Of a stretch of 64,000 bases of DNA, positions 47,812-55,634 are shown piece by piece. The stretch spans positions 576,001-640,000 of the forward strand of contig OZ242274.1 of NCBI GenBank assembly GCA_965207375.1. The letters run 5' to 3'. The DNA is from Nitrosopumilaceae archaeon. GTDB taxonomy: Archaea > Thermoproteota > Nitrososphaeria > Nitrososphaerales > Nitrosopumilaceae. Position numbers and translations under genes: made by a program. The notes beneath the pieces were generated by a model that ran no database searches, had not been told where the DNA came from, and saw nothing but the letters and a program-made list of their open reading frames with translations. Each line of letters opens with the position of its first letter. Position 1 is the first letter of the stretch.

Positions 47812-49275
47812 TCACGGATATGCCAACTCTTTAACTAGCAAGGAATCAACATCTGAAATTTTAACTCTAGACTGTTCCATAGAGTCTCGCCTTCTTATCG
47901 TTATTGTGTGATCCTCTAGTGTCTGATGATCAACTGTTATTGCAAATGGACAACCAACTTCATCTAATCTGCGATATCTCCTACCTATTGCTCCTGAATG
48001 ATCCAAGAACGCATCAACCTTTGTTCTAATCTCTTTAAAAATCTCGTCTGTCTTTTCTTTTAATCCATCCTTTTTTACTAGCGATAAAACTCCTACATGA
48101 ACCGGAGACAGGTATGGTCGCAAAGCAAGATAAATCCTTTCATTTTCAGCGTCTTTGTGTATGCAGTGTTCCAAAATAGTGTACAAGCTACGGTCTATTC
48201 CCATTGAGATTTCAAATACATGTGGCAAAACTTTTTGTTCATCATCCATCACCTCAAACTTTTCCTTGCTTTTCTTTGCGTGATTTGCCAAATCATAATC
48301 TGATCTATAATTACACGCTACAAGCTCAAGCCATCCTGTTGTTGTTTTGACTTCAAAATCAAAGGCAACTTTTGCATAAAATGCCTTTTCTTTGTCTCCC
48401 AATTTCCTAAATCTGCTTTGAGTCATATCAATTCCGGTCTTGCTGTAAAATTCGGCCAAAATTCCCAAATAATAGGCCACAAATTTGTTTGGAACCAAGC
48501 CTGTATCTATTGCCTGCTGACATGTAACCTGTTTTAATTCCGAATCCGTCTGTATCTGGATTTTTGTATCTTTGACCTCGTCAAACTTTTCTAATTCATC
48601 TAGCTTTTGTGGATTGCAAAACACCTCTATTTCTGCCTGATAAAATTCCCTTAATCGAAGCAAACTCCGCCTAGGCGCTATCTCGTTTCTAAAACTTTTT
48701 CCTACCTGTGCAATACCTTGCGGAAGTTTCCCCCTCATTATCTTGAACAATCTTGGAAAGTCAACAAAAATTGATTGGCATGTTTCAGGTCTCAAATATG
48801 CAGGTTCACCCTCTGGACCAATTCCTACCTGAAACATCATGTTGAATTTTCTCGTACTTTCAAAATCACCCTTACATTTTGTACACTTGATGTTATTTTC
48901 TAAAATCACCTTGTCAAATTCTGCACTATCTGCACTTTCAGGAATCTCAATATTGAAATTCTCTAAAATCATTCTATCTGCTCTAAATGTTGCCTTGCAC
49001 TTTGTACATTTTACAATTGGATCTGCAAAACTTGCAAGATGCCCTGATGCCTCAAACACTGATTTGGACATAATCTGGGATCCGTCAATCTCAAGCATGC
49101 CATCACGTCTGACCAATTCACGCCTCCACAGCTCCAAAAACTTGTTTTTCATACTTACACCGGGTGGACCATATTCCCAAAATCCTGCTTGTGCGTCTCC
49201 ATAAACCTCACAGCTTGGAAAGTAAAACCCTCGTTCTAGGGCAAGCTTCATCACATCATCATATTGCATGGACAT
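47812..49275 (-). CDS. glyS: Glycine--tRNA ligase (alpha2 type)
   Basis: EASGH, LRPETCQ, FRNEIAPR, REFYQAE, SGAIGRRYRR motifs. Confidence 0.95.
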   Translation of the reverse strand: MSMQYDDVMKLALERGFYFPSCEVYGDAQAGFWEYGPPGVSMKNKFLELWRRELVRRDGMLEIDGSQIMSKSVFEASGHLASFADPIVKCTKCKATFRADRMILENFNIEIPESADSAEFDKVILENNIKCTKCKGDFESTRKFNMMFQVGIGPEGEPAYLRPETCQSIFVDFPRLFKIMRGKLPQGIAQVGKSFRNEIAPRRSLLRLREFYQAEIEVFCNPQKLDELEKFDEVKDTKIQIQTDSELKQVTCQQAIDTGLVPNKFVAYYLGILAEFYSKTGIDMTQSRFRKLGDKEKAFYAKVAFDFEVKTTTGWLELVACNYRSDYDLANHAKKSKEKFEVMDDEQKVLPHVFEISMGIDRSLYTILEHCIHKDAENERIYLALRPYLSPVHVGVLSLVKKDGLKEKTDEIFKEIRTKVDAFLDHSGAIGRRYRRLDEVGCPFAITVDHQTLEDHTITIRRRDSMEQSRVKISDVDSLLVKELAYP

Positions 49276-49444
49276 TACTGATTTTTGGTTAGTAATTAAA
49301 TGCTAAGATCAAGTCATCAGACACTCAAATTTATAGTGGTCTTTACCATCAGTATCTATGTGCAGTCTTAATAAAGACTTGGTTGGATTTTGCTAGTTGG
49401 AGTATGACTTTCACTAGAACAATACTTTTTCAAAAATGAAGGTC

Positions 49445-49563
49445 GGAAATGTATCTATTCGGGCATTAAATCCCAGTACCATGCTTCATCCATTCATTAG
49501 GGTCAAAGTGTAGTTAGTTCCCCGGGCATCGAATCCCATACTGTGATCACACAAATCCCTAAC
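49445..49563 (-). ncRNA. Predicted bridge/seek RNA of IS1111 element 2
   Basis: Two loops with the internal hairpin GGG-ATTYRATG-CCC; guides GGAACTA/CAGTA and ATAGATA/ATGGT match target and donor; ends approximate. Confidence 0.85.
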
Positions 49564-49578
49564 CATAATGATATCATC

Positions 49579-50787
49579 TCAACTTCGCAGCTGACGTGCA
49601 GTGCTCTTTTGTCCCTCCTTTATACACGTCTCAAAATCAATCTGTTTAATCAACATCCAAAATACACTTTTTAATAATTTGGCAGCAGCTGCTACCCTGG
49701 CCTTTGACCTCCCACGCCTTTTTGCAAGACGTTTGTAAAACACACTAACAGGCGTATATGATTCCCTTTTCTCGGTGACTGCTAGATGTGTAACTACTGC
49801 CTCGACAAGTGCGTGTCTTACTAGAGATGCGCCCATCTTTGTTATGTGTCCATGATGGACAGTATCTGCAGAACGTCTAACTGATGGAACCAATCCAAAA
49901 TACGATGCCAGATGATCTTCATCAGAAAACCTTGCAATATCATCTATTTCAGAAGACAACACAAGTGCAGTATAGTTGGCTATTCCGGGTATCGTGGTGA
50001 GAAGTTGTGCGTTTTTATCCTCCTGTACCTGTTGTTTGATTTGCAGGTTGGCATACGTGATACTGTCTGTAACAGAGGCTAGATTCTTTAGATGCTGGTC
50101 TATTCTCCAGTTGTTTAGCTGGAGCAGTCTCTTTGTATATGGTCCACAAAACGGCGTTCCAGGTATGTCAATGCCTTCCTGTAACAAGATTCCGTGTATC
50201 ATGTTCTTAAAGCGAGTAGACTCTTGGACCATCTTGTGTCTGTATCTGACAAGCTGTTGCTTTTTTACAGTGTTTTCATCTGGTACATGGCATGCTGCAA
50301 CATAATCTCCACGCAGGAGGTCTGCAAGTATTTGCGCATCTACCTTATCTGTCTTCTTTTTAGACTCTGCAATGAGCCTTGTTTTGTATGGGTTAGATAA
50401 TGTTACGTCTAGTTTCAGCTTATCTGTGAGCATACGGTATATGCCGTACCATACAGATGATGATTCTAGTACGTATTTTGCATTCTTTGGCATTTTGGAA
50501 AACGCCTTTTTGATTGCAACCGGATTGCACTCTATCCTGCGGTTCTCATGCACCTTGCCGTCTTTATCCATTACTGCGACCTGCATGAATTTTTTGTGTA
50601 GATCTATTCCAACAAAGTATTTGGGTTTGGTTTTGGGGGTGTTGTTTTGGCCTGTCTTAGATGTCTTTACCTTTGAATTTGTTTTTTTGACAGACCTCAC
50701 ATTTTTTGGATTTTTTTTGCATAATCTGTTTGTTTGCTTTTTGGTAGCATTACCGGTACCATCTAAACCAGAGTTTTTTCGGGGCAC
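49579..50787 (-). CDS. IS110-family DEDD recombinase with Lys-rich N-terminal extension
   Basis: FVGIDLHK, VLESS, KTDKVDA, IPGI, YFGLVPSVRRSA and VAAAAKL motifs. Confidence 0.94.
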   Translation of the reverse strand: MPRKNSGLDGTGNATKKQTNRLCKKNPKNVRSVKKTNSKVKTSKTGQNNTPKTKPKYFVGIDLHKKFMQVAVMDKDGKVHENRRIECNPVAIKKAFSKMPKNAKYVLESSSVWYGIYRMLTDKLKLDVTLSNPYKTRLIAESKKKTDKVDAQILADLLRGDYVAACHVPDENTVKKQQLVRYRHKMVQESTRFKNMIHGILLQEGIDIPGTPFCGPYTKRLLQLNNWRIDQHLKNLASVTDSITYANLQIKQQVQEDKNAQLLTTIPGIANYTALVLSSEIDDIARFSDEDHLASYFGLVPSVRRSADTVHHGHITKMGASLVRHALVEAVVTHLAVTEKRESYTPVSVFYKRLAKRRGRSKARVAAAAKLLKSVFWMLIKQIDFETCIKEGQKSTARQLRS

Positions 50788-50816
50788 ATATGGTTAGTTC
50801 CGATTTTAAATCCAGA

Positions 50817-51974
50817 TCACGTCGATTTATTGGGGGGCGGCCAAGTTGAATGACACTCAAAATATGCATGAGCCATCTGCATTACAAAGGCTACAAGTGT
50901 AATATTGTATGTCTGATGGGCAACCTCTATCCGCGAATCTATCCATATGTTAGATAGGATTACAGCTACGATAAACATCAGCATCCGCATTGAGGAATTC
51001 TTGCTTGTGGTGTATGGACGTATAGATTTTACCTGCTTGTATCCCGTCTCAATCCCCCATCTCTTTTTGTATGCTTCAGGAATGTATTTCAACATGTCAT
51101 CAGAATCTGTACACGGAAGCGATGTTGCAAACACATGATATCTCTCAAAGATATTTTTTGCATCAGGTTTTTTGGGATTTGGTACTATGATCAAATTAAA
51201 TTCAAATCCATTATCAAAGGTATACTGTGATATTGCATCGCGCTTTCCTTGGGCATATTGAGATATTGCCTTTTTGATTCCCGCATTCTTTACTGCAGGC
51301 ATTATGAAATGTTTTTTGAGATTCTGTATTGTATCCATAACATCAGATGCATAAAACTCGCGGTCCAACAAGTATATGTTCACATCAGCACCCAAATTAT
51401 CGCATTTTTGTATGGTTTTACGCACGAATTCAGGGTTAAACTTGTTCCGAGTTACTGGAACCATTGCAAGATGAAATTCTTTTGCACCTGAGACCATCTT
51501 GGCAGTCATGTATGCTTCAAAGACGTATGTTCCTGCATGATGCTTTGAGTATACCATATCTGTCATGTCAGGGTCTTTGTCATAGTGTGGGATCTTGTGT
51601 TTGTCTATTGCTGCAACGCGCGTCTGGTTGTTGCCGTTTCTGCGGTCCAGCTTCATTTGGCGTACATCAACAGTATCGTGTATCATCTTTTCTCCATGTT
51701 TTATCATGTCGTCATGATCGATTGGGGTTATCTTTTGTACAAGCCAGTCTCCGCCTGGAATATCTATTCCTGAAGGAGCGTATTGGTGTGCACTGTTGGC
51801 AGCCACGCCGTATACTGACATGACCTGTAGCATGTTGACTGCGTTTGAGAGTCCATACCTCGTGTTGTTTCCTGTTCCAAACGAAATGGGCAGCCTGCCT
51901 AATGCAGATTGAAATACTTTAAACCCTCGTGTTCCGGATTTTATTGGGATATCTTGCCCATCTTTTTCTCTCAA
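50817..51974 (-). CDS. ISH3-family DDE transposase
   Basis: AAID, LLDREFY, FIMPA, FATS and YKKRWGIETGYK motifs. Confidence 0.9.
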   Translation of the reverse strand: MREKDGQDIPIKSGTRGFKVFQSALGRLPISFGTGNNTRYGLSNAVNMLQVMSVYGVAANSAHQYAPSGIDIPGGDWLVQKITPIDHDDMIKHGEKMIHDTVDVRQMKLDRRNGNNQTRVAAIDKHKIPHYDKDPDMTDMVYSKHHAGTYVFEAYMTAKMVSGAKEFHLAMVPVTRNKFNPEFVRKTIQKCDNLGADVNIYLLDREFYASDVMDTIQNLKKHFIMPAVKNAGIKKAISQYAQGKRDAISQYTFDNGFEFNLIIVPNPKKPDAKNIFERYHVFATSLPCTDSDDMLKYIPEAYKKRWGIETGYKQVKSIRPYTTSKNSSMRMLMFIVAVILSNIWIDSRIEVAHQTYNITLVAFVMQMAHAYFECHSTWPPPNKST

Positions 51975-52134
51975 GGTTAAGATGGGTAGGATTATTCCGT
52001 TATTTGGATCGGTATGTCAAAAAATATTGTCTAAATAGTGACCTGTGATCTATAATCGGAACTACTGACCATACATGTAATTGCCCAATCCTAATAATGC
52101 TCAATTGTCTAGTTTTTTCAAATTCTATCTTTTT

Positions 52135-52977
52135 TCATTTGGCAAGTGACTTTACCACTTTAATATTATCAAAGTCTGTACGAGTTTCATCGATGGGAGT
52201 CTCTAAAATTATCGGTATATTTTTACCATTGATAATCTTGATAATTTCCCTCATGCCTGTTTCTCCAATATTTCCCAATCCTATGTGATAATGCCTGTCC
52301 AAATTATTGCCAAGCTCCCCCCTAGAGTCATTTAGATGTAAAATTTTTAAATGTTTAAAACCAATTGCCTTGTCAAACTTTGCAAACGTTTCTCTTACCG
52401 TTTTTGAAGTTCTAAGATCATATCCTGCAGCAAATGCATGACACGTATCAAAACAAACCCCAAACCGATTTGCCGGTTTTAGTTGAAATAGTATTTCTGC
52501 CCACTGTTCAAAGTCAGAGCCGACTGAGTTTTTTTGTCCTGCAGTATTTTCCAAAAGTATCATTGTGTCGTTATCCACCTCCGCTGCCTTGTTCAGTGCC
52601 TTTACAAGTCTCTTGATACCTGCCCCCTCTCCTGTTTCTAAATGGCTGCCTAGGTGTGTAACCAAATACGGAATACTCAACCGTCCACACCTTTCAACCT
52701 CTTCTACAAGTGCATTTACTGATTTTTCAAATGCTTCTGCATCAGGTGTTGCAAGATTTGGCAGATACGGCATATGAGCTACTGTTGCCATTTTGTCAAT
52801 CTCTGATCTTTGGATTTTTTCTTTAAAGACTGAACAATCCTTGTCTGTAAGTGCTTTTGCATGCCAGCTTCTAGGACTTCTAGTGAATATTTGAAATGCC
52901 GTACACTTTCTTTCTATTGCATTATCTACTGCCTTGTCTACAGATCCTGAAATTGAGACATGGCATCCTACCTGCAT
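52135..52977 (-). CDS. nfo: Endonuclease IV
   Basis: GCHVS, QIF, HMPYLPNL, LENTAGQ, DTCH, HLNDS, DRH and ILETP motifs. Confidence 0.95.
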   Translation of the reverse strand: MQVGCHVSISGSVDKAVDNAIERKCTAFQIFTRSPRSWHAKALTDKDCSVFKEKIQRSEIDKMATVAHMPYLPNLATPDAEAFEKSVNALVEEVERCGRLSIPYLVTHLGSHLETGEGAGIKRLVKALNKAAEVDNDTMILLENTAGQKNSVGSDFEQWAEILFQLKPANRFGVCFDTCHAFAAGYDLRTSKTVRETFAKFDKAIGFKHLKILHLNDSRGELGNNLDRHYHIGLGNIGETGMREIIKIINGKNIPIILETPIDETRTDFDNIKVVKSLAK

Positions 52978-53051
52978 GCTTGATCTTTTTTGACGTCCAA
53001 TTTAAACCCGTTTTAGAATATTGTAAATTCTGTCCATGAAATTGTATCATC

Positions 53052-54257
53052 TTGTTTTGTGAAAAAAAGCACACATTTCTTGACATGCAAAAATCATCAT
53101 GTACCGTAAATCAGATTTTTAAGGCTACAAAACCATCTGTATTTGTGATAGGCAATATAGGCTCCTACGAGATGGCCAAATACCCGTTTTTGAGCGAAAC
53201 GGGCAGCTATTTTAAGGAACAAAACTTTTCTCTAAAGGATTTTGGCACCTTAGATGATCTTGCTCCATTCGTTGAAAAGGCCTATGATAGAATCGTGTCT
53301 GCTAGAGACGGCAAAACCTACAAATCCGAGATTCCAAAAGATGGGAGAATTACACCCGTCATACTGCAAAAAGAGGTGTTTTCATTTCTTTTGGCAGTAG
53401 TTCTCATAAAGCTAGCCAAAGCCAACATGCTGATTCAGAGATTTTCCCTTCAAGAGGCACGCACAGCCGAAAAGTCTCTGGAAAATGATCTCAGAGTATC
53501 TGATATTGTTTCTGGACCCATGTACCTTTCACAGGAAAAACTTCATGCCCGTGAACTGACAATTAAAATCATTTATGACATCTCAAAAGTAAAAATCTCA
53601 AAACCGGCACAAAATAATCTCTCCTCGTCTTCTGCAATGGTGCAAAATGATGATTGGTTGGTATCTGTTTTTGATTATGTGACACGTGCAATTCATTTTC
53701 ACGAACGCGAATGGGAGCTAGTAAACAGAAGAGTTCACAACGGATATGTGTATCTGTCTTCTCATGAGGTAGTCCGGCTGATTCGAAAAGAAATTGAAAC
53801 CTTTATTCGTACACGAATACAATCTATGGGCGTTTCTGAAATGTATCCAATATTTGAAAACTATGTCAAAGAATTATCCGAATGGAACAACTTGCACCAA
53901 CCCACCTTTGTTTCCTCCTCTGAATATCCGCCATGCATAAAGCATGCAATTGATATTTTGGAAAAAGGGGAGAATTTACCGCATTCGGGCCGCTTTATGC
54001 TTGCAACATATCTTTTAGGAAGGGATCAGTCCGTCTCTGATATTGCACCTTTGTTCAAAAATGCCCCCGACTATAACGAAAAGATTACGTTGTATCAACT
54101 AAATAATCTATCAGGTCAAGGCAGTGGTACAAAATACAAATGTCCGTCTTGTGACAAGGTGCGTTCAAATGATCTATGTTTTGCCATATCTGAATGTGAT
54201 AATATAATAAATCCTTTACAATTTGGCAGGAAGCGCGTTAATGATTCAAAAACATGA
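53052..54257 (+). CDS. priL: DNA primase large subunit (true start probably downstream)
   Basis: AKYPFL, WELVNR.V.NG.V, PPCI, H.GRF.LA, PDYNE..T.YQ, CPSC and NPL motifs. Confidence 0.9.
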   Translation: MFCEKKHTFLDMQKSSCTVNQIFKATKPSVFVIGNIGSYEMAKYPFLSETGSYFKEQNFSLKDFGTLDDLAPFVEKAYDRIVSARDGKTYKSEIPKDGRITPVILQKEVFSFLLAVVLIKLAKANMLIQRFSLQEARTAEKSLENDLRVSDIVSGPMYLSQEKLHARELTIKIIYDISKVKISKPAQNNLSSSSAMVQNDDWLVSVFDYVTRAIHFHEREWELVNRRVHNGYVYLSSHEVVRLIRKEIETFIRTRIQSMGVSEMYPIFENYVKELSEWNNLHQPTFVSSSEYPPCIKHAIDILEKGENLPHSGRFMLATYLLGRDQSVSDIAPLFKNAPDYNEKITLYQLNNLSGQGSGTKYKCPSCDKVRSNDLCFAISECDNIINPLQFGRKRVNDSKT

Positions 54258-55371
54258 TGAGATATTTCTCGAAACTGCTTTTAAAAAGTATTATTTTGAT
54301 AATTTCAAATTATTTTCCATACCAAAACGTCCAAACGAGCGTGAGTTTGGATATCAGAAATTTAATTCTGGAATGATACGCCATTTATCCATAAACACAG
54401 ACGAGCAACTCAGACTTTTGCTGATGACAAATGTGCCCTCTGATGTGTATTGTTCTAATGCATACTATACATTTCCGAATCTTCCAATGAAGGACAAGGA
54501 CTGGAAGGAGGCAGATCTTATATTTGATGTTGATGCCAAAGATCTAAATTTAAGCTGTCGTCCAAAACACATCTGTCAAAAATGTATAGGATGCAATTCT
54601 ACCTTTCAAAACTTACCTGTCTGTCCACAGTGCAATTCCAACAAAATAGAATCAAAATCATTTCCATGCATACACTGTATAGATGCCTCAAAAAACGAAA
54701 TACAAAAATTGTACAAAATTTTAACCGATGATCTAAACATATCAGAATCTCACATTCAAACATATTTCTCAGGAAATGAAGGATTTCACGTCCATGTAAT
54801 TGATTCGGATTTTCAAACCTGGGGTTCGCAGGAACGCAGATTTTTGTCAAACTATGTTTCATTCAAAAATGTTCTGCCTGACAGATATGGAATGAAAAAA
54901 CACAATGCAAAAAAGGAAAACTTTCCATCACTTGATGAGAACGGCTGGCGAGGCAGAGTGGCCAAATCCCTGTTTGGTTCAAAATCAAAACGCTCCAAAG
55001 TAATCTCTGATATGATGGCAAAGGACTATACTAGTTTTCAAAATACATTGCTTGAAATTGCTCCTAAAATTGGCGCAATAATTGACCCCAATGTAACCAC
55101 AGATATACACCGAGTCTTTAGGCTTGCCGGAAGCATCAACAGTAAAAGCGGCTTGACAAAAACGCATTGTGATGACATTAAAAAATTTGATCCCTATTTT
55201 GATGCCTGTTTTATAGATGATACAGACGTGCAGGTGCAAGCAGACTGTCCTGTTTCATTCAAGCTAAAACGTACAAAATTTGGTCCCTACACAAATGAAA
55301 AGGTCACGCTGCCTAGATTTGCTGCTGTATATCTTATCTGCAAGGGCTTTGCCACATCTATGATACAGTAG
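54241..55371 (+). CDS. priS: DNA primase small subunit
   Basis: REFG, DVYCS, DLIFDVD, FSGNEGFH and ID..VT.DIHRVFR motifs. Confidence 0.93.
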   Translation: MIQKHDEIFLETAFKKYYFDNFKLFSIPKRPNEREFGYQKFNSGMIRHLSINTDEQLRLLLMTNVPSDVYCSNAYYTFPNLPMKDKDWKEADLIFDVDAKDLNLSCRPKHICQKCIGCNSTFQNLPVCPQCNSNKIESKSFPCIHCIDASKNEIQKLYKILTDDLNISESHIQTYFSGNEGFHVHVIDSDFQTWGSQERRFLSNYVSFKNVLPDRYGMKKHNAKKENFPSLDENGWRGRVAKSLFGSKSKRSKVISDMMAKDYTSFQNTLLEIAPKIGAIIDPNVTTDIHRVFRLAGSINSKSGLTKTHCDDIKKFDPYFDACFIDDTDVQVQADCPVSFKLKRTKFGPYTNEKVTLPRFAAVYLICKGFATSMIQ

Positions 55372-55634
55372 CGTAACCCAAATTTCAGGCACGAAATCCA
55401 TCACACTTTTCACTAGTTTAGATAGTCATCACTATTTGATCCAAATGTGTAATTAATCCCAAAAATCTACCCCCAAAATCCTGCAAAAAAACACAGCTAA
55501 GCTAAATGTGAACTAAATTCTTAACCTAATCCTGTTGTTCTCTCCATTCTGGGCATAGATTTTGGCCTATTTTACCCACATTTCGCTTAGCTGAGACACT
55601 GGTAAGACATTAATTTATCATATCTTGAGTATGA

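Larger units (their letters stand above)
49353..50796 (-). mobile_element. IS110-family (IS1111-type) element 2; coordinates include both copies of the TA core
   Basis: Minus-strand junctions GGAAC-TA-ACCAT-ATGTGC and GCACAT-AGA-TA-CTG; removal restores the ISH3 TIR. Confidence 0.92.
49350..52067 (-). mobile_element. ISH3-family insertion sequence with one TIR interrupted by IS1111 element 2
   Basis: Reconstructed TIR CAG-TA-GTTCCGATTTTA (49350-49354 joined to 50797-50808) vs CAGTAGTTCCGATTATA (revcomp of 52051-52067); 5-bp TSD ACCAT at 49345-49349 and 52068-52072. Confidence 0.92.

Noticed and set aside
52043-52050. CTGTGATC in the inner ISH3 end is complementary to GATCACAG in the element-2 target loop
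   Set aside because: Post-hoc 8-mer on the wrong side of the core for known bridge geometry; no mechanism or second example
50789-52073. Apparent longer TIR TATGGT.../...ACCATA for the ISH3 element, with ISH3 seemingly inserted upstream of the IS110 gene
   Set aside because: ATGGT at 50790-50794 is the IS1111 donor end and ACCAT at 52068 is the TSD matching 49345-49349; the true nesting is IS1111 inside ISH3
55304-55320. TG-CCTAGATTT inside priS resembles the right half of the IS1111-1 target
   Set aside because: The left half (CACGC) does not match the GTCG guide; a chance coding-sequence match
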